Origin: Escherichia coli
GTDB taxonomy: Bacteria > Pseudomonadota > Gammaproteobacteria > Enterobacterales > Enterobacteriaceae
Length of the DNA: 64,000 nt
NCBI RefSeq assembly: GCF_013315695.1
Contig: NZ_CP054353.1
Reading direction: 5' to 3' (one strand)
The position numbers and the translations under genes are program-made. The first letter of the stretch is position 1; every line of letters starts with the position of its first letter. Of this stretch, positions 15,132-27,451 are shown piece after piece. The notes beneath the pieces are model-generated. The model saw nothing but the letters and a program-made list of their open reading frames with translations, did not search any database and was not told the DNA's origin.

Positions 15132-17576
15132 TTACGCGGCTTCAACTTTTCGCACTTTCTCCGGCAACTTTACCGGCTTCGTCGCAAGCTCTTCCGGATC
15201 AAAGTCATCAACATTAATACTGCGCAGACGGCTTTCTTCAGCTTTCACAAGAATAGCTGCTTCATCTTTATCAATCAGCCCCTTCGCCAGCGCGTTGTGC
15301 GCCAGTTCATCCAGACGGGTAAACGGCAGGTTTTTACCCAACTCTTTACAGATCCGCTGATGAATCGGGTCGGCGGCAATCACATCCACCAGCGCCTCTT
15401 CCAGTAAACCAACCGGGTTATGCTTGCTCGGCGTCAGGTACTGACCGCGGCCAATACGTGAGCGGGTGGCGTTTGGCACTTGTAAAATCTTCGCCACTTT
15501 ATGATCCAGCTTGTCAGACGGTGCCAGATAATGACGTCCGGTCGGGAAGATCACCACATTCAGCAGCCCGGCAACCACGCGGTTCGGGAAGTTTTGCAGT
15601 AAATCATCCATCGCCTGTTCTGCCTGATACAGCGCATCCTGTACGCCCCAGTGCACCAGCGGCAGGTCGGCTTCATTACGGCCTTCGTCGTCATAACGCT
15701 TCAGAACGGCAGAGGCGAGGTAAAGCTGGCTTAAAATATCCCCCAGACGTGCCGAGATACGCTCGCGACGTTTCAGGCTGCCGCCCAGGACCGCCATCGA
15801 GACATCAGAAAGCAGGGCGAGGTTGGCGCTCAGGCGGTTCAGATGCTGATAATAACGTTTAGTGGCATCGCCAGTTGGTGTGCTGCTGGTTAAACCGCGC
15901 GTCAGGCCCAGCCAGAAGCTGCGAACTTTGTTGCTACCGACGTGACCGATATGTTTGAACAGCAGTTTATCGAACGCGTTGACGTCATTGTTCTTCGCCG
16001 CTTCCATCTCTTCCAGCACGTACGGATGGCAACGAATCGCTCCTTGTCCGAAGATCATCATGCTGCGGGTCAGAATGTTGGCCCCTTCAACGGTGATGGC
16101 AATCGGTGCGCCCTGGTAAGCTCGTGCCAGGAAGTTGCTCTGCCCGAGCATAATGCCTTTACCACCAGTGATATCCATCGCATCAATAATCGACTGCTGC
16201 CCACGGTGGGTACAATGATACTTAACGATAGCCGACAGCACGGCAGGTTTTTCACCGATCATAATGCCGTAGGTAATCAGCGATGCCGCAGCATCCATTA
16301 CATAAGCGTTTCCGGCAATACGCGCCAGCGGCTCTTCAATCCCTTCCATCTTACCAATAGAGATTTTGAACTGACGGCGGATGTGCGCATACGCACCCGT
16401 TGCCAGCGCTACCGATTTCACGCCGCCGGTTGAGTTGGAAGGCAGGGTGATACCGCGGCCTACCGAGAGGCACTCCACTAGCATCCGCCAGCCTTGCCCG
16501 GCCATTTTTGGTCCGCCGATAATGTAATCGATCGGTACGAAGACATCTTTACCGCGCGTCGGTCCGTTCTGGAACGGCACGTTCAGCGGGAAGTGGCGAC
16601 GACCAATTTCCACGCCCGGCGTGGTGGTCGGGATCAGCGCACAGGTAATACCTAAATCTTCTGCGCCACCCAGCAGTTTTTCCGGGTCGGAGAGTTTAAA
16701 CGCCAGACCAAGCACGGTCGCAATCGGTGCGAGCGTAATGTAACGTTTGTTCCAGGTCAGACGCATCCCCAGCACCTGCTGGCCCTGCCATTCCCCCATG
16801 CAGACAATCCCGGTATCCGGGATAGCGCCTGCATCGGAACCCGCTTCCGGGCTGGTCAGTGCAAAGCAAGGGATTTCCTGACCACGCGCCAGACGCGGCA
16901 GATAGTGATCTTTCTGCTCGTCAGTGCCGTAATGTTGCAGTAGCTCACCCGGGCCTAATGAGTTTGGCACGCCGACGGTAATCGCCAGGATCCCGCTCAC
17001 GCCGGAGAGTTTTTGCAGCACGCGAGACTGGGCATAAGCCGAGAACTCCAGCCCGCCGTACTCTTTTTTGATGATCATCGCGAAGAAGCGATGCTCTTTA
17101 AGATACGCCCACAGCTCCGGCGGCAAATCCGCCAGCTCATGGGTAATCTGGAAATCATTCGCCATCCGGCAGGCTTCTTCTACCGGACCGTCGAGAAACG
17201 CTTGCTCTTCAGCGGTCAGGCGCGGCTGCGGATAGTTATGCAGCTTTTTCCAGTCCGGCTTGCCCTGGAACAAATCGCCTTCCCACCAGGTGGTGCCCGC
17301 ATCAATCGCTTCTTTCTCAGTGCGCGACATCGGCGGCATCACCTTACGGAAACCGCGAAATACCGGCGCGGAAATCATCGACTTACGCATAGGCGCAAAG
17401 TTAAATGGCACGAGGATAATGGCCAGAGGCACCAGTACCCACGCCGACCACAGACCAGCAACGCCGAGTGCGGCTGTCCAGGCGAGCAAAATCAGACTGC
17501 TGATAAATAAGCTCACGCGGTGATAGAACAACGCGCCGAGCAGGACAACCGTAGCGAGAATACTCAAAATCATCAT
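15132..17576 (-). CDS. fadE: Acyl-CoA dehydrogenase
   Basis: 814 aa from ATG-ATG at 17576 ([14 protein letters not shown]...); SD AAGGGG upstream; track ORF begins at an upstream TTG. Confidence 0.93.
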   Translation of the reverse strand: MMILSILATVVLLGALFYHRVSLFISSLILLAWTAALGVAGLWSAWVLVPLAIILVPFNFAPMRKSMISAPVFRGFRKVMPPMSRTEKEAIDAGTTWWEGDLFQGKPDWKKLHNYPQPRLTAEEQAFLDGPVEEACRMANDFQITHELADLPPELWAYLKEHRFFAMIIKKEYGGLEFSAYAQSRVLQKLSGVSGILAITVGVPNSLGPGELLQHYGTDEQKDHYLPRLARGQEIPCFALTSPEAGSDAGAIPDTGIVCMGEWQGQQVLGMRLTWNKRYITLAPIATVLGLAFKLSDPEKLLGGAEDLGITCALIPTTTPGVEIGRRHFPLNVPFQNGPTRGKDVFVPIDYIIGGPKMAGQGWRMLVECLSVGRGITLPSNSTGGVKSVALATGAYAHIRRQFKISIGKMEGIEEPLARIAGNAYVMDAAASLITYGIMIGEKPAVLSAIVKYHCTHRGQQSIIDAMDITGGKGIMLGQSNFLARAYQGAPIAITVEGANILTRSMMIFGQGAIRCHPYVLEEMEAAKNNDVNAFDKLLFKHIGHVGSNKVRSFWLGLTRGLTSSTPTGDATKRYYQHLNRLSANLALLSDVSMAVLGGSLKRRERISARLGDILSQLYLASAVLKRYDDEGRNEADLPLVHWGVQDALYQAEQAMDDLLQNFPNRVVAGLLNVVIFPTGRHYLAPSDKLDHKVAKILQVPNATRSRIGRGQYLTPSKHNPVGLLEEALVDVIAADPIHQRICKELGKNLPFTRLDELAHNALAKGLIDKDEAAILVKAEESRLRSINVDDFDPEELATKPVKLPEKVRKVEAA

Positions 17577-17597
17577 AACGAAAAGCCCCTTACTTGT

Positions 17598-17614
17598 AGG
17601 AGGTCTGACCACTT
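17598..17614 (-). promoter_or_regulatory. Putative FadR operator in fadE promoter region
   Basis: Minus-strand AAGTGGTCAGACCTCCT resembles FadR consensus (CTGGTCnGACCTG core), about 21 nt upstream of fadE start. Confidence 0.5.
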
Positions 17615-17815
17615 GTGATGATATGGTTGTAGTGGATGTAAAAACATTTAGCAATACGTTTACAATATAATTACAACAAAGCTCACATTGTTGCTGTTTT
17701 TATCCGCACTTCAGGTCAAAAAGTCCTGGTCATAGCACCTGCCCGTACTTCTCGCTTTTGGCGGTATCCGGTACACTGCATTTTGTCTATTACATTTATG
17801 CTGAAGGATATCCTC

Positions 17816-18394
17816 ATGTACCAGGATCTTATTCGTAACGAACTGAACGAAGCGGCGGAAACGCTGGCTAATTTTTTAAAAGATGACGCCAATATTCACG
17901 CCATTCAGCGCGCGGCGGTCCTGTTAGCAGACAGCTTTAAAGGCGGTGGCAAAGTGCTTTCTTGCGGCAACGGCGGCTCCCATTGCGACGCTATGCACTT
18001 TGCCGAAGAGTTGACCGGTCGCTACCGTGAAAACCGTCCGGGCTACCCGGCGATTGCCATTTCTGACGTCAGCCATATTTCCTGCGTCGGTAACGATTTT
18101 GGTTTCAATGATATTTTCTCCCGTTACGTTGAAGCGGTAGGTCGCGAAGGCGATGTACTGCTGGGGATCTCCACCTCCGGTAACTCTGCAAACGTGATCA
18201 AAGCGATCGCGGCGGCGCGTGAGAAGGGGATGAAAGTGATCACCCTGACCGGTAAAGACGGCGGCAAAATGGCTGGCACGGCGGATATCGAAATTCGCGT
18301 ACCGCACTTTGGTTATGCCGACCGCATTCAGGAGATCCACATTAAAGTGATCCATATCCTGATCCAGTTAATTGAAAAAGAGATGGTTAAGTAA
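17816..18394 (+). CDS. gmhA: Sedoheptulose-7-phosphate isomerase
   Basis: 192 aa [21 protein letters not shown]...; SIS domain; SD AAGGA before ATG 17816. Confidence 0.93.
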   Translation: MYQDLIRNELNEAAETLANFLKDDANIHAIQRAAVLLADSFKGGGKVLSCGNGGSHCDAMHFAEELTGRYRENRPGYPAIAISDVSHISCVGNDFGFNDIFSRYVEAVGREGDVLLGISTSGNSANVIKAIAAAREKGMKVITLTGKDGGKMAGTADIEIRVPHFGYADRIQEIHIKVIHILIQLIEKEMVK

Positions 18395-18509
18395 GGTCTT
18401 TTCTCCCTTTCAGGGAGAGGGCCGGGGTGAGGGTAACAGCCTGCACCTTTTTACTTTTTAATCAATCTTCGCCGGGGGCCATGCGCTCCCGCTGTTGTGG
18501 AGGTTACCC

Positions 18510-19277
18510 ATGTGCGAATTGCTCGGGATGAGCGCCAACGTCCCTACCGATATCTGCTTTAGTTTCACCGGACTTGTACAGCGTGGTGGTGGAACCGGGC
18601 CACATAAAGATGGCTGGGGCATTACCTTTTACGAAGGTAAAGGCTGTCGCACATTTAAAGATCCGCAACCCAGCTTTAATTCCCCCATCGCCAAACTTGT
18701 CCAGGACTACCCGATAAAATCCTGTTCGGTTGTGGCTCATATTCGCCAGGCCAATCGGGGCGAGGTGGCGCTGGAAAATACTCACCCGTTTACCCGCGAG
18801 TTATGGGGACGTAACTGGACTTATGCCCATAACGGGCAACTGACGGGGTACAAATCACTGGAAACCGGCAACTTCCGCCCGGTCGGTGAAACCGACAGCG
18901 AAAAAGCCTTCTGCTGGCTCCTGCATAAATTAACGCAGCGTTACCCGCGCACACCGGGCAATATGGCGGCAGTGTTTAAATATATCGCCTCACTGGCGGA
19001 TGAACTGCGGCAGAAGGGCGTTTTCAACATGCTGCTTTCTGACGGACGCTATGTAATGGCGTATTGCTCGACTAATTTACACTGGATCACCCGCCGCGCG
19101 CCGTTTGGCGTGGCAACGTTGCTGGATCAGGATGTGGAAATCGACTTCAGCTCGCAGACCACACCGAATGATGTGGTCACGGTGATTGCAACACAGCCGC
19201 TGACGGGCAATGAAACCTGGCAAAAGATTATGCCAGGCGAATGGCGCTTATTTTGCCTCGGGGAGCGTGTAGTTTGA
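18510..19277 (+). CDS. yafJ: Class II glutamine amidotransferase-like protein
   Basis: N-terminal MCELLGM nucleophile Cys motif; SD GGAGG before ATG 18510. Confidence 0.88.
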   Translation: MCELLGMSANVPTDICFSFTGLVQRGGGTGPHKDGWGITFYEGKGCRTFKDPQPSFNSPIAKLVQDYPIKSCSVVAHIRQANRGEVALENTHPFTRELWGRNWTYAHNGQLTGYKSLETGNFRPVGETDSEKAFCWLLHKLTQRYPRTPGNMAAVFKYIASLADELRQKGVFNMLLSDGRYVMAYCSTNLHWITRRAPFGVATLLDQDVEIDFSSQTTPNDVVTVIATQPLTGNETWQKIMPGEWRLFCLGERVV

Positions 19278-19988
19278 TGCCAGCTGTGGCTGCACAACTT
19301 CGTGGCTTAACGGCTTGCTGACCACGTAACGGCCATTGACCACAGAAACGGTCGGTGGCTTACGGGTTTGCTCAAAGTAGTCGTAACCTGGCTTCAGCTG
19401 CTCCCAGAAGTCCTTAAAGTTGGAATATTTATGGCGCTTCATATTGGCGTCGGTCATGCGGAACGGGTAAATACTCACTTGCACGCTCGGCTGACCAAAA
19501 ACCAGCGCACCAGTAACGAACTGGAAGATCTCATCAATACCCTGATTGGTCATCGCGTAGCAGCCGATGGAAACACAATCGCCGTGGATCATCAGATATT
19601 TCCCTTCATAACCATGCGCACGGTCATAGGCATTGGGGAATCCAATATTAATCGCTTTGTAGTAACGGCTGTCTGGTTTTAACTGATTACGCTGGACGCT
19701 ATAAAACCCTTCCGGGCTTTTGAAATCGCCCTGACGCTGTTTTGGCCCTAAGCCGCCGGAATATTTACAGATTTTATAGCTGTCGAGCAGTTGATATTGC
19801 TCGCCCATTTTGACGTAGAGATCGAGCGTACGTTCTTCCTTGAAGATCTGGATGTAGACAGGGGATCCCATCAACTGCTGCTTATACTCTTTGCTCACTG
19901 GCGTGGTCGAGCTACTGCTGCCCAGCAAACCGGCAAACGAAACGCACGGGATCAACAACATCGCAAGAATTAATGCGATTTTACGCAT
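19248..19988 (-). CDS. yafK: L,D-transpeptidase-family periplasmic protein
   Basis: 246 aa; signal peptide; YkuD-like catalytic region with HGxxxxxxxSxGC-type motif ([14 protein letters not shown]). Confidence 0.88.
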   Translation of the reverse strand: MRKIALILAMLLIPCVSFAGLLGSSSSTTPVSKEYKQQLMGSPVYIQIFKEERTLDLYVKMGEQYQLLDSYKICKYSGGLGPKQRQGDFKSPEGFYSVQRNQLKPDSRYYKAINIGFPNAYDRAHGYEGKYLMIHGDCVSIGCYAMTNQGIDEIFQFVTGALVFGQPSVQVSIYPFRMTDANMKRHKYSNFKDFWEQLKPGYDYFEQTRKPPTVSVVNGRYVVSKPLSHEVVQPQLASNYTLPEAK

Positions 19989-20143
19989 ACTGCTTATTCC
20001 TTGATAAAACGGTTACACACGCCAGGACGGCAAAATGGATCCCAAATCGGAATAGTCTGGATTGGGAAGGCTCACATTATCACCAAAAGAGTTTTACGCA
20101 AGCCTGTCGGCGCAGGGTTTACAAATTTCATCGGCAGCGGGCT

Positions 20144-20422
20144 TTACCCAAAGAGCGCCGCGTGAGTTCCAGTTCTCTCAAATCGTAAAAGTTTATCGGT
20201 AAGTTTGTAAATCAGGATCCAGTCCGGTTCGACATGAGCATCGCGATAACCTTTCCATGAACCTTGCAGCGGGTGGTCTTTATAAACAGCTGGAAGCAGT
20301 AAAGTATTATTGATAAGAAGCGTCATAAGATATTTCAATTTATTCATATCCTTATGACGCTTTTGTGCAAGTTTTACATCCTTTGAAAATTGTCCCGAGT
20401 ATTCAATATCCCTTTGAATCAT
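20144..20422 (-). CDS. yafQ: Toxin YafQ (ribosome-dependent mRNA endoribonuclease, RelE family)
   Basis: 92 aa MIQRDIEYSGQFSKDVKLAQKRHKDMNKL...; immediately downstream of dinJ. Confidence 0.92.
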   Translation of the reverse strand: MIQRDIEYSGQFSKDVKLAQKRHKDMNKLKYLMTLLINNTLLLPAVYKDHPLQGSWKGYRDAHVEPDWILIYKLTDKLLRFERTGTHAALFG

Positions 20423-20424
20423 AT

Positions 20425-20685
20425 TTAAATTCCTAATTTATCAAATAAATCATCGGCGTCTTTGGCCTTATGAACACCAACGCCAGCTTCGCTGTTTTTG
20501 ATTGATTGAATAGTTAATTGATTAGGCTCGCGTAAATCAAACGGCAATGCCTTTTCACGCGCGACCTTTGTGAGGGTTATGCGAACCAGGTCAGAGATGG
20601 TCAGCCCCATCCCGGCCAGTACGTCCGCCGCCTGATTCTTCAGATCTTCATCGATTCGGGCGCGAACAAACGCGTTAGCAGCCAT
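20425..20685 (-). CDS. dinJ: Antitoxin DinJ
   Basis: 86 aa MAANAFVRARIDEDLKNQAADVLAGMGLTISD... RHH antitoxin. Confidence 0.92.
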   Translation of the reverse strand: MAANAFVRARIDEDLKNQAADVLAGMGLTISDLVRITLTKVAREKALPFDLREPNQLTIQSIKNSEAGVGVHKAKDADDLFDKLGI

Positions 20686-20699
20686 TGGGGTATCTCCTG

Positions 20700-20719
20700 T
20701 GCTGTATATTTATTCAGCT
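20700..20719 (-). promoter_or_regulatory. LexA box (SOS operator) of dinJ-yafQ
   Basis: Minus-strand AGCTGAATAAATATACAGCA: CTG-N10-CAG palindrome 15 nt upstream of dinJ start codon. Confidence 0.7.
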
Positions 20720-20894
20720 TGAATTGTAGCTCAAATGAGCAACAGCGACAATCTATGAGTAATTTAATAAACGGATGTTTTTACATAATTAACTGAAATA
20801 TATTTATTAATTTTATAATAATGGTTTATTAAGTTTGTTCAGGTACGGGCCGGGATACACTGCAACATCAATGCATGACCAGCCATTATTGAGT

Positions 20895-21725
<831 letters not shown>

Positions 21726-21820
21726 AATCTGTGCATTTTTTGCGAGCCGCTTTCCCGTTTTTCCATCACCTCATTGCTGACCTTTCCTTTTCTTCTTACC
21801 GTTGAGAAAAAGGAGTCGCT

Positions 21821-22318
21821 ATGTCTGAATATCGTCGTTATTACATCAAGGGGGGAACATGGTTTTTCACGATAAATTTGCGGAATCGTCGAAGCCAACT
21901 TTTGACCACCCAGTACCAGACGCTCCGTAACGCCATTGTTAAAGTTAAGCGAGCCAGACCTTTTGAAATTAACGCCTGGGTAGTCTTGCCAGAGCATATG
22001 CACTGTATCTGGACATTACCTGAAAGCGATGATGATTTTTCCTCTCGCTGGCGTGAGATTAAAAAACAGTTCACTCAAACTTGCGAAATGAAAAATATCT
22101 GGCAACCGCGTTTTTGGGAGCACGCCATCCGCAATACCAAAGATTATCGCCATCATGTTGATTATATTTATATAAATCCAGTAAAACATGGCTGGGTAAA
22201 GCAAGTGAGTGATTGGCCATTCTCAACGTTCCATCGCGATGTCGCGAAAGGGTTATATCCCATCGATTGGGCGGGGGACGTAACGGATTTAAATGCTGGC
22301 GAGCGTATTATTTTATAA
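21821..22318 (+). CDS. rayT: REP-associated tyrosine transposase RayT
   Basis: 165 aa; HuH motif (PEHMHCIW) and catalytic Tyr region; flanked on both sides by REP elements. Confidence 0.92.
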   Translation: MSEYRRYYIKGGTWFFTINLRNRRSQLLTTQYQTLRNAIVKVKRARPFEINAWVVLPEHMHCIWTLPESDDDFSSRWREIKKQFTQTCEMKNIWQPRFWEHAIRNTKDYRHHVDYIYINPVKHGWVKQVSDWPFSTFHRDVAKGLYPIDWAGDVTDLNAGERIIL

Positions 22319-22325
22319 TTGTGCG

Positions 22326-22412
22326 CTGATGCCGGATGCGCTTACGCTTATCCAGCCTACGAATCGTGCCTTAACAGTAGGACGGATAAGGCGTTTACGC
22401 CGCATCCGGCAG
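22326..22412. repeat. REP/BIME element at left boundary of Flag-2
   Basis: CTGATGCCGGATGCGCTTACGCTTATCCAGCCTAC ... GTAGGACGGATAAGGCGTTTACGCCGCATCCGGC. Confidence 0.85.
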
Positions 22413-22433
22413 TTGTGCACCGGTGCCGGATAC

Positions 22434-24527
22434 CTACATCAACGCCCCCATAATCTTCAACTCCAGCTCGTCCGGCACTTCGTTATACGACAGCACATGC
22501 AGCCCCGGTGCAAACAATCTCGCATAGCGCGCCAGCAAAGGGCGCAACTGCGGTGGCACCAGCAGCACAGGGTCTTTCCCCGCCGCTTTCATCTGCTCCT
22601 TCACCTGCGGCATCGTGTTCTGGAACTGGTTAAGCATATTCGGGTCCACCGGCACGCTGTCGAGCATCACTTTGCCGCCCTGTTGCGCCTGATTCACTAC
22701 GTTGGTCAGCAGATTTTCCAGCTCATTATTCAGCGTATACACCGTCAGCTCCTGTTTGCGAACGAACGGATGGGTAATGCTGCGCCGCAGCGCCAGGCGC
22801 ACATCGGCCGCCAGCAGAATATGATCTTTAGTCACCGCACTACTGGCGACCAGCACGGTGGCGATGGTGACGATATCGCGCAGGGAAACGCCTTCGGTCA
22901 GCAGCGTCCGGTACACTTTCAGCAACTGGCTGTAGTTGAGCGCCGCGCTCAAATCTTCCGCCAGGCGCGGTGCCATCGACGACAGGCGGTTATGCAACTG
23001 CGTGATGTCATCATAGTTAAATAATTCAGGAATATAGCTGCGCACAATCTTATTCACATGGGTGGCAATCACGCTGGCGCTGTCGATCACCTGATACCCC
23101 ATATTCAGCGCCTTCGCTTTCTGCGCAGGCTGGATCCAGGTGACCGGCATCCCATATGCCGGGTCATTCCCCAGTACGCCGTCAATCTCGCCGTAGGTTT
23201 CGCTGGAGGGCAACGCCATCAGTTTATCTGCCGGAATATCCGCTTCATCGGCCTTAATGCCGTTGATGAATATGGCGTACTGGCTGGGCTTGAGGCGGAA
23301 GTTTTCCCGAATACGGATCTCCGGCAGCAGCACGCCGTTGCCGTCGGAAATCACCTGCCGCACGCCGCGAATCCGCTGGGTGAGCGGGTTACCTTGGGCT
23401 TTATCGACCAGCGCCACCAGCTTGTAGCCGAGACTTAAGCTGATAGGCTCGATCAGCGGAATGGTTTCCCAACTGACCTGTTGCTCGCTGGTTTCGGTGA
23501 TGGTGCGGGTCAGTGTTTCGAGGCTTTTCTCTTCCGCCTCCGCCGCCTGCGGGCGTTTGCTCATCCGCCAGCCGGTAAAGCCAAGCAGGGCGCTGAACAG
23601 CAAAAATGGCAGATGCGGCATCCCCGGCACCACCGCCAGCACAAACATGATCCCGGTGGCGGTGTAGAGCACCGACGGGCTTGCCAGCAGCTGGTGGCGC
23701 ACGTCATGGGCGATATCGCCGTTGTCGCTGACGCGGGTGACGATAATTGCCGCCGCGGTGGAGAGCAGCAGGGACGGGATCTGCGCCACCAGGCCGTCGC
23801 CGATGGTCATCAGCACATATTGCTGGAAGGCGGCGTCGGCGCTCAGGTTGTATTTGAAGATGCCGATACAGACGCCGCCGATCAGGTTGATCGCCAGAAT
23901 CATCATCCCGGCGATGGCATCGCCGCGCACAAACTTCGATGCCCCGTCCATCGCGCCGTAGAAATCGGCCTCGCTGGCAACATCTTTACGCCGTGTTTGC
24001 GCCTGCGCCTGGTTGATCAATCCGGCGTTAAGATCGGCGTCAATCGCCATCTGCTTGCCGGGCATCGCGTCCAGGGTAAAGCGGGCAGAAACCTCGGAAA
24101 TACGCTCGGCCCCTTTGGTGACGACGATAAAGTTGATGATCATCAGGATGATAAACACCACAAAGCCGACGACAAAGTTGCCGCCAATCACCACCTGACC
24201 AAATGACTCAATCACCTTACCCGCCGCGCCTGCGCCGAGATGCCCGTGCAGCAGCACCACGCGCGTAGAAGCAACGTTAAGCGTCAGGCGCATTAAAGTG
24301 GTGATCAGCAAAATGGTCGGGAACAGGCTGAATTCCAGCGGTCGTTTCGCCGACACCGCCACCAGCAGCACCATCACCGCCAGCACAATGTTGAAGGTGA
24401 ACAGAATATCCAGCAGCGCAGGCGGCAGCGGCAGAATAACCATCGCCAGAATACAAAGTATAACCAGCGGTACGCCGAGATTACCGCCGCGCAGCAGCGC
24501 GAGGAACGATTTAGTTGTTTTCGCCAT
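22434..24527 (-). CDS. lfhA: Flag-2 flagellar export apparatus protein, FlhA homologue (full length)
   Basis: 697 aa; FlhA/LcrD family transmembrane N-domain plus cytoplasmic C-domain. Confidence 0.9.
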   Translation of the reverse strand: MAKTTKSFLALLRGGNLGVPLVILCILAMVILPLPPALLDILFTFNIVLAVMVLLVAVSAKRPLEFSLFPTILLITTLMRLTLNVASTRVVLLHGHLGAGAAGKVIESFGQVVIGGNFVVGFVVFIILMIINFIVVTKGAERISEVSARFTLDAMPGKQMAIDADLNAGLINQAQAQTRRKDVASEADFYGAMDGASKFVRGDAIAGMMILAINLIGGVCIGIFKYNLSADAAFQQYVLMTIGDGLVAQIPSLLLSTAAAIIVTRVSDNGDIAHDVRHQLLASPSVLYTATGIMFVLAVVPGMPHLPFLLFSALLGFTGWRMSKRPQAAEAEEKSLETLTRTITETSEQQVSWETIPLIEPISLSLGYKLVALVDKAQGNPLTQRIRGVRQVISDGNGVLLPEIRIRENFRLKPSQYAIFINGIKADEADIPADKLMALPSSETYGEIDGVLGNDPAYGMPVTWIQPAQKAKALNMGYQVIDSASVIATHVNKIVRSYIPELFNYDDITQLHNRLSSMAPRLAEDLSAALNYSQLLKVYRTLLTEGVSLRDIVTIATVLVASSAVTKDHILLAADVRLALRRSITHPFVRKQELTVYTLNNELENLLTNVVNQAQQGGKVMLDSVPVDPNMLNQFQNTMPQVKEQMKAAGKDPVLLVPPQLRPLLARYARLFAPGLHVLSYNEVPDELELKIMGALM

Positions 24528-25650
24528 CCAGTTTAAGCACCTCTTTGGGAATGGAAATATGTCTGTTCAGGGCCGGGCGCGGCTGTGCGCCCTCGCGCCA
24601 GTGTTTCATTTGCAGGACGTAGGTCAGAACGTGGGCGATAGCCCGGTAAAGCTGAAACGGAATTTGTTGGTTCACCTGCGTGGTGTAGTAAACCGAGCGC
24701 GCCAGCCGCGGGAACTCGACCACTTCCACCTGATTCTCAGCGGCGACCTGGCGAATATAGAGGGCGATTTCATCGGTGCCTTTTGCCACCACAAACGGCG
24801 CGGCGGCGCGAGACTGGTCATACTGCAACGCCACGGCGTAGTGGGTCGGGTTGGTGATCACCACGTTGGCTTTCGGCACCACTTTGCGGATTTGCCCCAT
24901 CGCCAGCTGCCGTTGCAGCCGTCGCACGCGCGCCTTCACTTCCGGCTTGCCTTCCTGATTTTTGTACTCTTCTTTCAGCTCCTGCTTGGTCATCTTCAGC
25001 CCTTTGGTAAACAGGGCTTTCGCCAGCGGCACGTCGATAAGCGCAAAGAAGATAAACAGGATGACAAAGTTGCGCATCACGCTGGCGTAGAGCGACAAAC
25101 CCTCATTCATCGCCAGTTTGAACGGCAGCGCTTGCAGGCCGAGGAAGGCGGCAAAGTTATTGCGCAGGCTAATCCACAGCATCACCAGCACCACCACCGA
25201 CTTCGCCGTCATCTTTCCCGTTTCCGCCAGATGTTCACTGGAAAACAGCCGCCCAATCCCTTTTAACGGGCTAATTTTGCTGAAATCCGGGAGGATTTTT
25301 TTCGGCAGAAACAGCCAGCCGCCAGGCACCAGCGAGGAGAGCAGCGCAGCGGCGGGCATCGGCAGCAAGGTAAGAATAAACTTGCCGAGAATTAACAGGT
25401 GATGGCGCAGAAACTGGCCGATCACATCCGGGTTATTAATCTCCTGCGCGTACTGATGCACGCTGATAAAACTCTCACGCACAAAATCGGCATACCACGG
25501 GAAGCTGCTGGAGATCACCACAAACGCCGCAAACAGGCTCGCCGCCAGCCCCATATCCTTCGAGCGCGGCAGTTGCCCCTCTTCACGCGCTTTACGCAGC
25601 TTTTGCGCCGAGGGTTTCTCTGTTTTTTCTTCGCTGCTGCTATCCGCCAT
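24511..25650 (-). CDS. lfhB: Flag-2 flagellar export switch protein, FlhB homologue
   Basis: 379 aa; conserved NPTH autocleavage motif (VITNPTHYAVAL); overlaps lfhA start by 17 nt. Confidence 0.9.
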   Translation of the reverse strand: MADSSSEEKTEKPSAQKLRKAREEGQLPRSKDMGLAASLFAAFVVISSSFPWYADFVRESFISVHQYAQEINNPDVIGQFLRHHLLILGKFILTLLPMPAAALLSSLVPGGWLFLPKKILPDFSKISPLKGIGRLFSSEHLAETGKMTAKSVVVLVMLWISLRNNFAAFLGLQALPFKLAMNEGLSLYASVMRNFVILFIFFALIDVPLAKALFTKGLKMTKQELKEEYKNQEGKPEVKARVRRLQRQLAMGQIRKVVPKANVVITNPTHYAVALQYDQSRAAAPFVVAKGTDEIALYIRQVAAENQVEVVEFPRLARSVYYTTQVNQQIPFQLYRAIAHVLTYVLQMKHWREGAQPRPALNRHISIPKEVLKLDGENN

Positions 25651-26422
25651 AGTGACCTTTCAGCGCGTCGAGTTGCTGCAACACAAAATTCGCCAGATGC
25701 AGATAGTGATCCGGCAGGTTGTAGAGCAGGGTGGCGAAGCAAACCAGCCCCGCCAGCATGTTGATGGGAAAGCCGAGCGAAAAAAGGTTCAGCGGCGGCG
25801 CAATGCGGTTAAGCAGGCCAAAGCAGCCCTGCACAATCAGCATGATAAAAGTGGTCGGCAGCGCCAGCAGTGATGCGGACGCCAGCACCCAGCTAAAGGC
25901 CAGCGCGATGGTGCGCAGGGGTTGCGGATGCAGCGCGTTGCCAATCGGCCAGTAGGTGAAGCCCTTATACAGCACGCTTACCAGCAGCAGATGCCCGTCC
26001 ATGGCAAAAAACAGCAGGATCGCGTAGACGTTAATTAACTCTGCCAGCACGGTTGTTGATGCGCCGCTGCTCGGGGCGTTCATCACCGCCATGCTCATCC
26101 CCATATTGAACGAGAGAATTTGCCCGGCCAGTTGCAGCGCCAGAAACAGAAACTGAAACATCAGCCCGAACAACATGCCCCATAATATTTGCTCCACCGT
26201 CAGGATCAGGCTATTGAGCGATAGCAGGTCGTGGGGAATGGGATGGGGGATCAACGGCGTGATGATGATCGCCAGCGCCAGCGACAATATAATCCGCACG
26301 CGCACGGTCAGGGCGCTGTTATCCAGCACCGGCACATAGCGCAGAAACGCCATAATGCGCACGAAGGGGAACCACAGCCCCAGCACCAGATCCATCAGTT
26401 GCGTAACGTCGCTTGTGCGCAT
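25640..26422 (-). CDS. lfiR: Flag-2 export apparatus protein, FliR homologue
   Basis: Polytopic membrane protein; ATG at 26422 directly follows lfiQ stop; track ORF extends 17 codons further upstream. Confidence 0.85.
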   Translation of the reverse strand: MRTSDVTQLMDLVLGLWFPFVRIMAFLRYVPVLDNSALTVRVRIILSLALAIIITPLIPHPIPHDLLSLNSLILTVEQILWGMLFGLMFQFLFLALQLAGQILSFNMGMSMAVMNAPSSGASTTVLAELINVYAILLFFAMDGHLLLVSVLYKGFTYWPIGNALHPQPLRTIALAFSWVLASASLLALPTTFIMLIVQGCFGLLNRIAPPLNLFSLGFPINMLAGLVCFATLLYNLPDHYLHLANFVLQQLDALKGHYGG

Positions 26423-26423
26423 C

Positions 26424-26696
26424 TTAATGCACCAGCAGGGCGGCCTGACTAAACAGATGAATGCAGAGATCATGCAACTGGATAATCATCCATTTGCCGC
26501 ACACCCCCAGCACCACCAGCGTGACAATCAGCCTTGGCAAAAAGCTCAGGGTCTGTTCGTTAATCTGCGTCACCGCCTGGAACACGCTCACCAGCAGGCC
26601 GACCAGCAGGCTTGGCACCACCAGTACCGAAACCAGCAAAATCACTACTTTAATGCCGCTGGCGACAATGTCGGCGGCTACGTCTACGGTCAACAT
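26424..26696 (-). CDS. lfiQ: Flag-2 export apparatus protein, FliQ homologue
   Basis: 90 aa, two TM helices. Confidence 0.9.
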   Translation of the reverse strand: MLTVDVAADIVASGIKVVILLVSVLVVPSLLVGLLVSVFQAVTQINEQTLSFLPRLIVTLVVLGVCGKWMIIQLHDLCIHLFSQAALLVH

Positions 26697-26698
26697 AA

Positions 26699-27451
26699 TC
26701 AGCCCAGCCCCAGCCCGCGAATGCTGGTGGTGAGCGTGCCGATGGTCAGCGACCAGCCGTCAATCAGCACAAACAGCATCAGTTTAAAGGGCAGCGAAAC
26801 AATCAGCGGCGACAGCATCATCATCCCCATCGCCATCAGTACGCTGGCGACAATCAGGTCGATAACCAGAAACGGGATGTAAATCATAAAGCCAATCTGG
26901 AAAGCGGTTTTCAGCTCGCTCAGTACATAGGCGGGCACCACGATGGAGAGATCCTGGTCGGCGGCATTGCCCTTCGCGCCGCCGATGGTCATGATTTGCG
27001 CCATCGCTTTTTTGTCGGTCTGCGCCAGCATAAAGCGTTTTAGCGGCGTCGCGGCGGTGCTTAACGCATCGGTCAGGGTAATCTGATCGTTTTCAAACGG
27101 CACTACCGCGTGGTCGTAAATATTGAGCCAGATGGGGCGCATTACCAGCAGGGTGAGTGAGAGCGCAATACCTATCAGAATGCGGTTCGGCGGCGTTTGT
27201 TGCAGCCCCAGCGCCTGGCGCAGCAGCGACAGCACGATAATAAAGCGCGTAAAGCAGGTCATCATCAGCACCATCGTCGGCAGCAAACCGACGAGGGTCA
27301 TCAGAATCAGTACCTGAATTTTGACGCTGTACTCCTGAGTGTTGCCGTGGGTCACCACGTTAAGTAGCGCAATATCGCCACCCTGGGCCAACGCCAGCGG
27401 CGCAAGCGCCAGCAGCCCAAGGCCCAGCGCCAGTTGAGTGCGGCGTTTCAT
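26699..27451 (-). CDS. lfiP: Flag-2 export apparatus protein, FliP homologue
   Basis: 250 aa with signal peptide and FliP family membrane core. Confidence 0.9.
   Translation of the reverse strand: MKRRTQLALGLGLLALAPLALAQGGDIALLNVVTHGNTQEYSVKIQVLILMTLVGLLPTMVLMMTCFTRFIIVLSLLRQALGLQQTPPNRILIGIALSLTLLVMRPIWLNIYDHAVVPFENDQITLTDALSTAATPLKRFMLAQTDKKAMAQIMTIGGAKGNAADQDLSIVVPAYVLSELKTAFQIGFMIYIPFLVIDLIVASVLMAMGMMMLSPLIVSLPFKLMLFVLIDGWSLTIGTLTTSIRGLGLG

Noticed and set aside
15458-17523. Antisense ORFs of 134-165 aa inside fadE
   Set aside because: Opposite strand of a well-supported conserved gene; GC-rich antisense frames commonly stay open
22293-25266. Long plus-strand ORFs (241-322 aa) antisense to lfhA and lfhB
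   Set aside because: His/Arg/Gln-rich low-complexity translations typical of antisense frames in GC-rich genes; the minus-strand genes have clear FlhA/FlhB homology
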